Origin: an uncultured virus (IMG/VR IMGVR_UViG_3300027801_001720)
Lineage: Duplodnaviria; Heunggongvirae; Uroviricota; Caudoviricetes
Length of the DNA stretch: 54,508 bases
Virus record (IMG/VR): IMGVR_UViG_3300027801_001720
Reading direction: 5' to 3' (one strand)
Part shown: piece by piece, positions 8,076 through 17,800 of the stretch
How positions within the stretch are numbered: the first letter of the stretch is position 1
Layout of the letters: each line of letters opens with the position of its first letter
Translations under genes and position numbers: made by a program
The notes under the pieces: model-generated
Told to the model about the DNA's origin: nothing
What the model saw: only the letters and a program-made list of their open reading frames with translations
Databases searched by the model: none

Positions 8076-9758
8076 TTAATCTTCAATAAAACTACTTATA
8101 AAATCGGTATATTTTTCTTCTTCTGTTACAGTATGGGCCATTTCAGCATGGTCTACTCGTTGTGCTGATAACAATGAAGCCTTAACTGCTCTATATTCAA
8201 ATTGATTCATAGAACCACCATTGCTTAGTTTATTACTAATACTACCTAAGTAGTTTGCAAGTTGTGGATTCTTAGCAGTAGAACCTAACTGTGATACTTG
8301 GTGCCCTAGTTTTGCTTCTGGTGTTGCAAAGTCCATTGGATCTTCACTAATAAGTTCTTTAATACCTGCAAAATTCTCTTCTTCAACAGTTTGCATAATC
8401 ATGCTTTCAAATGCAGATTGCTTATTAACTAGTTTACTAATTGTTTCGTGTACGTTACCTACTTTGCTATCAAAGTGTGTTTCAGTGAAATGGTCTTCTA
8501 ATGATACTTCATTAACAATATCAACATTGTTCATATCGTTGAGACTTTCTACTGCTTTACTATAAGTTTTTACACCGCTTAATTTTTTGAATGTTTCTTT
8601 AATTGTTTTAACATGTTGTTTAGCAAGTTCTACATAGTCATTATTTTCTTCATTAATAAGACCTTGCTTCTTAACATAGTTTGCAAATTCTTTTAACGTT
8701 TTTAATTCGTTACACATGCCAACAATACTTTCGCCTACTGTATCGTGCATTGTTCCGCCATTGTATAAATGCCTTGCCATTGCTCTAGCACCGTTTAAGT
8801 TTTTGCTTGGGAACAAGAATCGTTCTTCATTGTTCTCTATAAATATTTTTTGTATGTTTCTACTTCTAGAACCACGTACTTCTTCGTTTACTGCTTTAGT
8901 GTGCTTAACAATAATCTTTGTTCCACCTAGTGGTTGATTACTTGTTTTAATACTGCCTCTCATAGAACCTAAACTTGCTTCAGTGATAGTTTCTTCTTCC
9001 ATCATATCTTCTGCTATTGCTTCTGATACAGTTCCTTTGCCATCACAAGTGCCACAAACTTCGTTGCCTTTTTGACAAGTACTTTGTCCGCCATCACAAC
9101 AAGGACAGTCTACCATTGCTTCAAACACATCATCTGAGTTCATTGCATTTATGCCTGCATCCATTAATTCTTTTGCAGACTCGTCTGTTTCAAATCCACA
9201 CTCTGTTGCAAAGTCCATAGATGAACTGTAATACATATCGCTAAAATCAGGTTGTAGTTCTTTAAGTTTTTCACCAATCTCTTCTGGTGTTTTACCTAAG
9301 TTAATTTCTTGGTTGCCTAAGAACATATACAAAGATTGGTCATCTTGGCATCCTACAACTGTTCTATCTTCATTAACAGGTTCTAGTCCTGCTAGTTTTC
9401 TCATTTCATTATGTTCTTTCATGTCTGATTCTCTTGATATGTTAATTGCTTCACTGCTTGGTTTTAATGTTTTACCAAATACTCTAAAATCTAACATCAT
9501 TAAATAGTCTTTTGCTATTTCCGATAGTTGGTTTCTTATTGTATCTGTTTGGTCAGTATTAGCACTGATACTAAGTCTTATTTCTTCTTTTGGAACATTA
9601 AGTGTAACTAGTAAGTTAGGATCTTCAACAAAAAATCTAATTGCTTCTGCTGGATCGCCTACAACTTCACCTTCTTTATTATAAGTATCGATTTGAAATC
9701 CATAACCTTTTAATAGGTTAAAAACTCTATCTGCTACTGTTCTTACACTCGTTGCCAT
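8076..9758 (-). CDS. Hypothetical late protein with a DnaJ-type Cys motif
   Basis: 560 aa, GGAG RBS, GATAAATA upstream (9783-9790); contains CPCCDGG...CGTCDGKG. Confidence 0.8.
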   Translation of the reverse strand: MATSVRTVADRVFNLLKGYGFQIDTYNKEGEVVGDPAEAIRFFVEDPNLLVTLNVPKEEIRLSISANTDQTDTIRNQLSEIAKDYLMMLDFRVFGKTLKPSSEAINISRESDMKEHNEMRKLAGLEPVNEDRTVVGCQDDQSLYMFLGNQEINLGKTPEEIGEKLKELQPDFSDMYYSSSMDFATECGFETDESAKELMDAGINAMNSDDVFEAMVDCPCCDGGQSTCQKGNEVCGTCDGKGTVSEAIAEDMMEEETITEASLGSMRGSIKTSNQPLGGTKIIVKHTKAVNEEVRGSRSRNIQKIFIENNEERFLFPSKNLNGARAMARHLYNGGTMHDTVGESIVGMCNELKTLKEFANYVKKQGLINEENNDYVELAKQHVKTIKETFKKLSGVKTYSKAVESLNDMNNVDIVNEVSLEDHFTETHFDSKVGNVHETISKLVNKQSAFESMIMQTVEEENFAGIKELISEDPMDFATPEAKLGHQVSQLGSTAKNPQLANYLGSISNKLSNGGSMNQFEYRAVKASLLSAQRVDHAEMAHTVTEEEKYTDFISSFIED

Positions 9759-9804
9759 TGACTTGTATCTCCGTTATGTATGTATTTATCATTTAGTAAG
9801 GATT

Positions 9805-11397
9805 TTACAGCATACCGACAGGCATAGGTTCGTCGTATTCGTCATACGGTCCGTCATCAGGTCTTGAACCGTCACCTATGTTTTGATTTACTACTGTAAA
9901 TATATCATCTTCAAATGTACTAATGTAACTAATCATTCTACATGCTGTCATCATACTCATAACTAAGTCATCTGATTCACCAGGCTGTCCTGCAAAACTA
10001 TTACCACGTGCTACAAAGTTTTTAAGCTCACTTAAAAACGCTTTACTGTAGACTTTTAGTTTGCCTTGCTCTATGAAACGTTTAAGTTGTAAACAGCCGT
10101 CAATTTTAGTCTTACTGCTTGTATGAAATCCTTTACGTCCACGTTTGCCTTGTACTTTAACAGGATCATGTAAAAATGTTCCTGGGAATTGTTCTTCGCC
10201 TGTATCTCTAATTACAACTAGGGCGGCTTCTCCAATTGTATTGTTCTCTACTGTCCAATACAATTCTTTTGAACCATACTGTTTTAATTCTTTTAAAATT
10301 TCCATCATAACTCTTATTTGTCCTTCAACAGGAGTTTTGTTATGACACCATTCTGCTACTTGTACCATGCTAGGTAATTCTACTACTTGTATTGCAGAGT
10401 TATCTCCGCCTGTTCCTGCACTAGGATCTAACGACAGCACATACATTTTATCTGCTGTGGGCCTTTTGTACCAACGAACTTCTCCTGTCTTGTACAGGGT
10501 TGGTGTGTGCGTCATAGTTGCCAAATGCAACGAGTCAATAAGTGTTTCGTTGTATATAATAAATTCACATTCGTGTTCACGCCTAAAACGTTCTTCACCA
10601 ATCCTACTCATTTCTTCTGTAGCCCATTCCTCATCTCTATCTGGATGTTGATCCCATGTTGCCATGTAACCTCTGAATCCATTAATACCTACTTCTTGTT
10701 CATTGCCATATTCATCTGTAGTTTTAATTGCTTGATTCCAAATACCAGCAAAGGTATCATCATCACTGTTTGGTGTACTTGTAACAATACACTTACCGCC
10801 TGTTGCTAGTGTAGGTGATAGCGAAGTCCAAAACTCTTTGGCTATTCTAGGTGGCACAAACGCAAACTCATCTAAGTATACTAATGTTAAGGACATACCA
10901 CGACCAGTATTTTCAGTTGTTGTACTTGCAACAATTCTACTGCCGTTATCAAACGTTAAACTTGTTTTGTTATATTCAACAACACCTGCTCTAATATGAT
11001 TTGGTATGCTTTCATACGCATATCGTATACGTTGCATAATTTCTTGAGCGCCAGCCGCCTTATGTGCCGCTACTAGTATTGTACTGTCTGGCTTGAACAT
11101 TGCAAACCATAGTAAGTAACCTGCCGCCACAGTGGTTTTACCCATCTGTCTGCCTAGCATGTTAATACTATAACGATGTGCATTGTAATTAGCAATTAAA
11201 TCTTCTTGATAGTCGAATGGGTTGAACTTAATACCACCTTTTGTAGGGTGTTGTATCTTCACAAAGTTCTTCATGAAGTGCATTGGTCCTGTGTTAGAAT
11301 CGCAACATGCTTGGAACTCCCTTAACATCTCAGGATCATAAGGAATCTTCGAATATGCTTGTTTAACTAACTCTGTATTTACTGTACCTTTTGGCAT
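9805..11397 (-). CDS. gp17: Terminase large subunit (T4 gp17-like)
   Basis: FDYQ, GRQMGKTT, GRGMS, YLDEFAF, TSTP, nuclease LDPSAGTGGDNSA, DDLVM. Confidence 0.97.
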   Translation of the reverse strand: MPKGTVNTELVKQAYSKIPYDPEMLREFQACCDSNTGPMHFMKNFVKIQHPTKGGIKFNPFDYQEDLIANYNAHRYSINMLGRQMGKTTVAAGYLLWFAMFKPDSTILVAAHKAAGAQEIMQRIRYAYESIPNHIRAGVVEYNKTSLTFDNGSRIVASTTTENTGRGMSLTLVYLDEFAFVPPRIAKEFWTSLSPTLATGGKCIVTSTPNSDDDTFAGIWNQAIKTTDEYGNEQEVGINGFRGYMATWDQHPDRDEEWATEEMSRIGEERFRREHECEFIIYNETLIDSLHLATMTHTPTLYKTGEVRWYKRPTADKMYVLSLDPSAGTGGDNSAIQVVELPSMVQVAEWCHNKTPVEGQIRVMMEILKELKQYGSKELYWTVENNTIGEAALVVIRDTGEEQFPGTFLHDPVKVQGKRGRKGFHTSSKTKIDGCLQLKRFIEQGKLKVYSKAFLSELKNFVARGNSFAGQPGESDDLVMSMMTACRMISYISTFEDDIFTVVNQNIGDGSRPDDGPYDEYDEPMPVGML

Positions 11398-11432
11398 ACA
11401 GTTATTTATGTGGAATTATAGGTTGAATTTTG

Positions 11433-11804
11433 TTATTTAGAACTATTCATTAAGAAGTCTTTAAGTCTGTCTCTAATAACACTACTTAAAACTTCTTTAT
11501 CTGTGGACATTGATGCATCTTGCTTTGCATCTGGGTCTATGTCTGTTCTTGGAAATTGCATTCCAGTTGGGTTTTCTTCTGGTTGTGAAACAACTATTGC
11601 ATCTAATGGCATTTCTGCAGGATGTTCTGCGCCACATGGTTGTTCTTGTGCTTCTGGTTCACCTGCAGGCAAAGTAATGCCTACTTTTTGTAGCATTAAT
11701 TTTAAACCTTCAATTGAATCTGCAGTTGCATCAATAGTTACTGCTGAACTATCACCATGCATAGATTTTTTGTATGAATGATTTTCTCCAGTACTGTTTG
11801 ACAT
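11433..11804 (-). CDS. Hypothetical protein
   Basis: 123 aa, translationally coupled (TAATG) to the upstream ORF. Confidence 0.7.
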   Translation of the reverse strand: MSNSTGENHSYKKSMHGDSSAVTIDATADSIEGLKLMLQKVGITLPAGEPEAQEQPCGAEHPAEMPLDAIVVSQPEENPTGMQFPRTDIDPDAKQDASMSTDKEVLSSVIRDRLKDFLMNSSK

Positions 11805-12505
11805 TAGTTTCTTCTCGAACTCTGTGATATAACATCAACGTGTTTGGCTTCTGGAGCCAATCCGCCGTGTGCTTGACCAGTAATTGTATCATGCATTGCA
11901 TGTAGGTCATCTCCCATAATACCATCTTTACTAGGATAGTTACGGAAATAGTCTGCACCTTTCTCATCTTTAATTCTTTGGAGTTCTGCTAAGAATTTAG
12001 CATTGTATTCTTCTCCAAATAGAGGACCGTCTGTTTCACCTTGTTGTGCTTCATAATGGTCTTGTTCTGAAGAGCTATCTACTTCGTCTAATATTGCTCC
12101 TGGAACTTCTACTTGTCTGTCTTTGTCATTAGCAAGTCTTTCTTCAGCCATTTCGCTTTCAACCCTTTTAGGATTGTCTACGCCCATAACAATTACACGT
12201 TCATGGTCACAACCACAAGCAACTGCTACATATACTTCTAAAATTCTTTCATTGACTGGATATTTTAACACGACATCAGTACTACATACTTCTGAGGTAA
12301 CACTTAAACCTTTAAGTCTTTTGAATTCAATTGGATTCTCTTGTATAGGCAACCTTTTCCAAGGTGTAGCACTTACAAGATTATATTTTTGTAAAGCACC
12401 TTCTAACTTAGATAAGTCATCAGGACTACAATCTCTTGCTAATTTAATTCTGTAACCGTATTCTTTATTGAACGATTCGGTTATAATGTCTTTAAGTTCT
12501 CTCAT
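11804..12505 (-). CDS. Hypothetical late protein
   Basis: 233 aa, GGAG RBS, GATAAATA at 12527-12534. Confidence 0.8.
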   Translation of the reverse strand: MRELKDIITESFNKEYGYRIKLARDCSPDDLSKLEGALQKYNLVSATPWKRLPIQENPIEFKRLKGLSVTSEVCSTDVVLKYPVNERILEVYVAVACGCDHERVIVMGVDNPKRVESEMAEERLANDKDRQVEVPGAILDEVDSSSEQDHYEAQQGETDGPLFGEEYNAKFLAELQRIKDEKGADYFRNYPSKDGIMGDDLHAMHDTITGQAHGGLAPEAKHVDVISQSSRRN

Positions 12506-12551
12506 GTTAATAACTCCGTATGCACTTATTTATCATATTTAGGAAAATTTA

Positions 12552-13064
12552 CTAGTTTTCCTTTGCGTTGATAATTTTAAGTAGTTCATTTCTGTCTACA
12601 ACACTACCTTGTGTACCTGAAGTACTACCGGATTGTACATTGTTGTCTAGTCTTCCCTTCTTAATCATTAAATCAATCTGTTTTAACTTGGAATCTATTT
12701 TGCTGTCTTTGGCTTCTAAGGCTGTCTTTAACATTTTAGCCGCACTATCAAAAATACTGCCTGCTTCTCTGTCTCCAACGTTCATACCTAAGTTCATCAA
12801 CTGCTGATAACTGTCAACTGCCTGTTGAGCAATGTCGTCCATCTCTGTGTCATGCTCTTCAAGCCCTTTAACATTTTGTAATGCATGGTCTATCTTTTCT
12901 GCGTTAGTTAATGCTGTTTGTACATCTTCAATATCCACTGCTGTAACTTCAAATTCTGAAATGTCATTCAAGTCAGGGAGTTTATCTTCAGTATCGCCTA
13001 TAATTTTATTAGGTTCGTCTGACATTGGGGGTAAATTAAATTCTTCTTCTAGTTTTTTGGTCAT
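12552..13064 (-). CDS. Hypothetical helical protein, possibly terminase small subunit
   Basis: 170 aa, helical, C-terminal VVDRNELLKII; near gp17; TATAAATA 5 nt upstream. Function inferred from size and position only. Confidence 0.45.
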   Translation of the reverse strand: MTKKLEEEFNLPPMSDEPNKIIGDTEDKLPDLNDISEFEVTAVDIEDVQTALTNAEKIDHALQNVKGLEEHDTEMDDIAQQAVDSYQQLMNLGMNVGDREAGSIFDSAAKMLKTALEAKDSKIDSKLKQIDLMIKKGRLDNNVQSGSTSGTQGSVVDRNELLKIINAKEN

Positions 13065-13082
13065 ACTGCTATTTATACTATG

Positions 13083-14081
13083 TTACAAGTACTTTGTAAT
13101 GTTATATGGTATAGATACATAGGGTAAGTCTACTACTTGACGTATCTGATTGAGAAACTCTGGTCTTAAAGGATGATCCAATTGGTCAACTACGTCTTCT
13201 TCTGCAAAATTATCAAATGTTCCCCAATCGTCCATTCTACTTATAGTACATTGTGCATCATAACGTGCTGTTAGTTTAACAAAATTAACAACATCATGTG
13301 CATTTGCTTTTTGACACACAAATCTAAAGTGTACATCAGCGCCTTCTGGCTTGTTCTCATGCATCCAGTCTAAATTTTCTATAAGTTTTTCAAAGTTACC
13401 CGGTCTTCTTACTACTTCGTATACTTCTTTACTGCCTGCATCTATACTAATTTTAAATTCGCTTATATTAGGAAGTATTTTACTATCTGGTAATTGCTTA
13501 CTCATTAATAATCCGTTTGTGAACAATGTAAGAGTGTGATTATGATTAGGAATCCAGTCTGTAACAAACGGTCTCATTATGTTACTTGCTAAAGGATCGC
13601 CATTTCCAGTTAATGTAATGTGTGTACGTTCTTTAAATCTGCGTAATAGACTAATTGTATGCTTGGCATACTCTACTTGCTGTTGATAAGTGTCGCCTTC
13701 TGTGTGTAATATCATTTCTGGTCTACAACTTGGACATGCAAGGTTACAACTTTCATCTACATTAACATATATACTATAAAATTCTTGTCCTTTGTTGTTT
13801 ATGTGATGTAAATCATGTTCCATTATTCTGCAATGCTCTACAGCACACCATGTAAACTTTTTATCTTCTACATCTTTTTGTAATTCTTTTGCTAGTGGAT
13901 TTGACCATACATCTTCTAATTCATAACAGTCCAATATATTACATATAACAAATGGCAAATATAATTCACAGTTATCAATGAAGCATTCGCCCTTTGTTGT
14001 GATATTTAAACTACGATGTGGTATTGTACAACTGTTAGTAATAGTGTGTTTAAGTTCATTGTTACGTTTTGCCATTGGCAT
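13083..14081 (-). CDS. Radical SAM enzyme with N-terminal Cys-rich (SPASM/twitch-like) region
   Basis: CNLACPSC, GNGDPL, FTNGLL, ISIDAGSKEVYEVVR. Start moved to 14081 (AGAGGA RBS). Confidence 0.88.
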   Translation of the reverse strand: MPMAKRNNELKHTITNSCTIPHRSLNITTKGECFIDNCELYLPFVICNILDCYELEDVWSNPLAKELQKDVEDKKFTWCAVEHCRIMEHDLHHINNKGQEFYSIYVNVDESCNLACPSCRPEMILHTEGDTYQQQVEYAKHTISLLRRFKERTHITLTGNGDPLASNIMRPFVTDWIPNHNHTLTLFTNGLLMSKQLPDSKILPNISEFKISIDAGSKEVYEVVRRPGNFEKLIENLDWMHENKPEGADVHFRFVCQKANAHDVVNFVKLTARYDAQCTISRMDDWGTFDNFAEEDVVDQLDHPLRPEFLNQIRQVVDLPYVSIPYNITKYL

Positions 14082-14109
14082 TAGTCCTCTTGTTGGACTT
14101 TGTAACAAT

Positions 14110-14235
14110 TTATAGTCTATCAGTGTCGACATTCGGTCTTACCCATTTTCCATTTCTGTATACTGCAACTTCGCCTTTGTTGCAAAGTGTGTGTTCGCCT
14201 TCTACCGGACGTTGCGGTTCTCTTACCTTAATCAT
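14110..14235 (-). CDS. Small hypothetical protein (41 aa)
   Basis: MIKVREPQRPVEGEHTLCNKGEVAVYRNGKWVRPNVDTDRL, coupled to the gp4 stop by TAATG. Confidence 0.55.
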   Translation of the reverse strand: MIKVREPQRPVEGEHTLCNKGEVAVYRNGKWVRPNVDTDRL

Positions 14236-14708
14236 TATTTCCTGCGAGGTTTACGTTGTGCGGGTTTTCTCTTTTTGTTGTTTCTGAATATTTGGTCTTC
14301 AGTAATTACTTTAAAATGCATACCCTTGGCTTTAGCCCACTCTCTGGCGGCTGTCCATTTGGCGGCATTTAGCATTGTTTGAATTTTATCGCCTTTTCCT
14401 CTGGCGGCTTCTATTATAGTTTGGCTCTTAGGTTTAATTTCTATAAGCTCTACTAACTGCTTACCAGATTTGTCTGTGTATTGTACCATAAAGTCGGGTA
14501 CATAGTTAGTAATCTTTCCTGTGAACGGATTTTGGTAGGGAATTTTTACATTCTCACTAGCCCACTTGGTTATGTTTGGATGTCCATCACAGAACCTCAT
14601 AAACGCCGTCTCCCAACTGCTACGAGCATAAGGTATCTTAGTACCTACATACTTTTCCGGGTTTTGTACGGTGTATTGTCCTTGTGAATAGTGCTTACTA
14701 CCAGCCAT
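14235..14708 (-). CDS. gp4: Head completion nuclease (T4 gp4-like, TnsA fold)
   Basis: NPEKYVG, RSSWE, WASE, YVPDF, EIKP, AKWTAA, FKVITE. Confidence 0.92.
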   Translation of the reverse strand: MAGSKHYSQGQYTVQNPEKYVGTKIPYARSSWETAFMRFCDGHPNITKWASENVKIPYQNPFTGKITNYVPDFMVQYTDKSGKQLVELIEIKPKSQTIIEAARGKGDKIQTMLNAAKWTAAREWAKAKGMHFKVITEDQIFRNNKKRKPAQRKPRRK

Positions 14709-14717
14709 GTTACCTCT

Positions 14718-15155
14718 TTACGGTCTTATAACTGATGCAATTTTTGAATTTCTATTGAATTTGTCAACAGTTAAACCTATGTTATTACCTTTTGGTCTAA
14801 TACTATTTATAGCTTTATATGTTTGTTCTGCTAACTTTATGCTATCTTCGTTTAGTTCGAAGTATGAAATGGGGTGTACACCTTGTTGGTCTGCAACTGT
14901 AATTAATGCAACTGCCAATGTTTTAGCAGTAGGGCCATTGAATCCTATACTTTCAAGTCTGTTTTCTATTATGTTAATTTTGTTTGGGTCCATGCCCTTA
15001 AAATTTTGTGGTACCATGTTTACAAGTATTTCAACACTTGCTTCTGGTAATGGAAAATTAATAGTATTGTTTTCTATAAACTGTACAAGTTTATCTCTAC
15101 GAACTTCGTAACTAATCTCATTGCCGAATGTTTCGTATAAACTCTTACTACTCAT
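14718..15155 (-). CDS. Hypothetical protein
   Basis: Likely starts at MSSKSLYETFG (15155), overlapping the upstream stop. Confidence 0.7.
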   Translation of the reverse strand: MSSKSLYETFGNEISYEVRRDKLVQFIENNTINFPLPEASVEILVNMVPQNFKGMDPNKINIIENRLESIGFNGPTAKTLAVALITVADQQGVHPISYFELNEDSIKLAEQTYKAINSIRPKGNNIGLTVDKFNRNSKIASVIRP

Positions 15156-16200
15156 TTGATGATCCTGTAAACTGTTCAAAGAACTTGTCTGATTGTTTGG
15201 ATCTAACATCGCCGTTTTCATCGCCAAACCCACCTACTAAAAAGTCTAGATTTTTTGCTCCCATATGGGGATTTTTAGTAACACTACGTTCAGGCATAGA
15301 ACCACCCGGTGTATCAACATTTGTTTCACCTGCTCTTAGTTTTTTCCAAGCACCTTGATTGAATCCTGTGAATCGTTGTAACTCATCTTCTGAGATCCAA
15401 TCGTTTACAGCTGGATTAATACTAAAGTTTTCGTAACTAATGTTCATTGTTATCATTGCTGGTGCTGAGTCTGAATGGTCAATTCCATCTATTTGAAAAT
15501 CTGTTATTAAAGGATTAAATATTGTATAACGTATTGCTTTCTGTCCATGGAACTTAACTATGTCCATACTAGTAATAAAGTTTCTTTCTTTTCCTGGTCT
15601 AAGGTTGTACCCCATTGCGTCACTATCAAACTTTCCTAAAGTAACTGAGTCTGATCCGCCTGATGCTATTGCTTCTGGAACTACATCGTATGGTGTAATT
15701 TTTGGTGTATTTGTTGCACCAGTCATGTCAAATTTTCCCATTGGGTTAACAAATAAATGAGCATAAGCCTTCATTAAAACTATTACCCACGCACTATCAA
15801 CTGTATCATATGCTGTTACCTGTATAGGTTTCATTTCTGTGTGAGTCACAGTGATACGTTTTCTATTATATTGATTTTTTACGTCTGTTTGAATTTCTGC
15901 ACTTGGTACCTCAGCAGTTTTACACATAGAACTTAGTTGGTTCATTGTGTCAGTGCTGTTCAGGGCGTCAATTTTCACTCCTGAATTGAAGTGAAAATTA
16001 ACGTATCCTTGAAACTTTTGACGTACTGGGTTTATGCCAGGATTGAATCGCTTTGCATTGTTCCAATCTCTCAGATAATGGTTAACTGGTGTTTGACCAT
16101 TACTCTGATGTGCATTACCCGTCCGCTGACCGTTATAATAGCCGGTACCTAATAGTTCTGCGGCTATTCTATATAGTGGACCTCTAACTCCTGCCATCAA
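15148..16200 (-). CDS. Tail-tube-fold protein (gp54/gp48-like baseplate tube initiator)
   Basis: MCKTAEVPS...NQYNRKR...PIQVTAYD...NPLITDF...ISYE parallels tube-fold motifs; directly after the tube gene. Confidence 0.6.
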   Translation of the reverse strand: MMAGVRGPLYRIAAELLGTGYYNGQRTGNAHQSNGQTPVNHYLRDWNNAKRFNPGINPVRQKFQGYVNFHFNSGVKIDALNSTDTMNQLSSMCKTAEVPSAEIQTDVKNQYNRKRITVTHTEMKPIQVTAYDTVDSAWVIVLMKAYAHLFVNPMGKFDMTGATNTPKITPYDVVPEAIASGGSDSVTLGKFDSDAMGYNLRPGKERNFITSMDIVKFHGQKAIRYTIFNPLITDFQIDGIDHSDSAPAMITMNISYENFSINPAVNDWISEDELQRFTGFNQGAWKKLRAGETNVDTPGGSMPERSVTKNPHMGAKNLDFLVGGFGDENGDVRSKQSDKFFEQFTGSSNE

Positions 16201-16217
16201 GACCTCCTAGCGAATTA

Positions 16218-16841
16218 TTATGCGCCAGTACTTCCTGCTGGTCCAGGGTTAACGTTAGTAAACGGATTTCCTTGTGCTAAGATTCCTGCTACAACACTAC
16301 TTGTTCCTTGCTCATGTATTGCATTATCAAATCTAATTGTTAATGATACAGTTACAGGTTCGTTAGTGGCATAGTCGGCATCTGAGTAGTCAGTGTTAGT
16401 TATAAAACATCCTTCTAAGAACCAAACTTCAGTTGCATCTGCGGAAGAACCATCTAATGATTCAACAAGCATGTTGAATTTGTAGTCTTCGCCAGCAATT
16501 GGAGCCGTCTGTTCTAAGTGATTAAGTTGTCTACTATTCTGTGCGCCAACAATTCTTGCTACACTATTACTAATGTCGTCTCTTAGGACAACTGTAATAG
16601 GATCCCATGTGTGTTTGCCTTGGACATACACTTTTGAGTTGTAAGAATCAATTGGAACTTCTTCATAGTTTACTTTAGGACGAGTTACGTTCATAACATT
16701 CTGTGTGAATTCTCTCGTAGATTGGTCTCCGCCAAATCCACTTAGCATACTAACCCTAAATCTGAATTTCAGTTTAGGCATTAAGATGCCTTGGTTATCA
16801 CCTATCGGAACACCAAATTTATTTTTTGTTGGTTCTGCCAT
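16218..16841 (-). CDS. gp19: Tail tube protein (gp19-like)
   Basis: PKLKFRFRV, GKHTWDPITVVLRDD, WFLEGCFI, LTIRFDNA; GGAG RBS before MAEPTK. Confidence 0.88.
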   Translation of the reverse strand: MAEPTKNKFGVPIGDNQGILMPKLKFRFRVSMLSGFGGDQSTREFTQNVMNVTRPKVNYEEVPIDSYNSKVYVQGKHTWDPITVVLRDDISNSVARIVGAQNSRQLNHLEQTAPIAGEDYKFNMLVESLDGSSADATEVWFLEGCFITNTDYSDADYATNEPVTVSLTIRFDNAIHEQGTSSVVAGILAQGNPFTNVNPGPAGSTGA

Positions 16842-16942
16842 GTTTATATCTCCTAATCCATAAGACACATTTTAATAGTAGGTCTTATCGTTACATTTAT
16901 TTATCTAAAATGGGAGAAAATCTTTATACTAGTACTTAATGG

Positions 16943-17731
16943 CTATTGCTTTCTAATGTATGGAACTTCAGCACCAAAATTCATTTCTTTGAACTTAGAA
17001 TTAAAGAAATGTACCCCAGTAGGCAAATCTAATAAATTTCTGTGTAGGTCTACACTAAAAACTGCTCTATGTTCTGAAGACTCGTTGTATGCACTATGTA
17101 TCCATTGATTATTAAACCCAAAAGTTTTTGTCCAGTCAGTTTCTTCATTGCAAACTTCAAAATATAACTCACCTTCTGGTACATACAAAGGAACATGTAT
17201 TCTCATGTAGCCACCTTTTCTATTTTCTATACCAGTATGTCTTTTTATAACAGAGTCTGCTCTAAGTATAGAATAACTTGCAATAGGGCATTCTTCTAAA
17301 GTCCATCTATCTAATAATTTTCTTGCTGTTGGTATTTTTGGATTGTCTACTGTGAAATCAAAATGTGTTTCTCTATCTTCAGTAAACCAATCTGGTCTGC
17401 CATCTAAGCCATACCGTAAATTGTTAGCCATCCATGAATCTAACCCATGTTCGTTTTCTGCTACAAGACGTTGTGCGTCTGTTATAGTATAGTTACGTTG
17501 GTCTAATACTGCTTTGTATGATTCATCTCTGTCTAATACTTGTTGTATCTTTTCATGTGGTGTACCTTCTACATCGGCAACCATATCTTCCCAAAGTCCT
17601 TCTCTGAAAGAGTCTAAGTAATCATAGATATCATTCAGTGCTTGAGTAGAACCTGGCCCGTCTTTATGCCATACCTTTTGAAAGGCAGAGGAAAGTTTTT
17701 CTTCTTTTGTAAATTCTGAGTTTAGCTTCAT
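16943..17731 (-). CDS. Aspartyl/asparaginyl beta-hydroxylase-family oxygenase
   Basis: YSILRADSVIKRHTG...MRIHVPL...FNNQWIHSAYN...RAVFSVD. Confidence 0.8.
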   Translation of the reverse strand: MKLNSEFTKEEKLSSAFQKVWHKDGPGSTQALNDIYDYLDSFREGLWEDMVADVEGTPHEKIQQVLDRDESYKAVLDQRNYTITDAQRLVAENEHGLDSWMANNLRYGLDGRPDWFTEDRETHFDFTVDNPKIPTARKLLDRWTLEECPIASYSILRADSVIKRHTGIENRKGGYMRIHVPLYVPEGELYFEVCNEETDWTKTFGFNNQWIHSAYNESSEHRAVFSVDLHRNLLDLPTGVHFFNSKFKEMNFGAEVPYIRKQ

Positions 17732-17750
17732 AACAAGTATTTATGCAGTC

Positions 17751-17782
17751 AAAAAAAAGACGCCTTAAAAAAGACGCCTTTT
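17751..17782 (-). terminator. Intrinsic terminator after the sheath gene
   Basis: AAGGCGUCUU-UUUU-AAGGCGUCUU pairs over 10 bp with two G-U pairs on the minus strand, then a U tract. Confidence 0.7.
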
Positions 17783-17800
17783 AATTTATTAATGTATTGC

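Noticed and set aside
9805..11397. Intein or intron in terminase (also checked uvsX)
   Set aside because: Normal lengths, contiguous motifs, no splicing or homing-endonuclease motifs seen.
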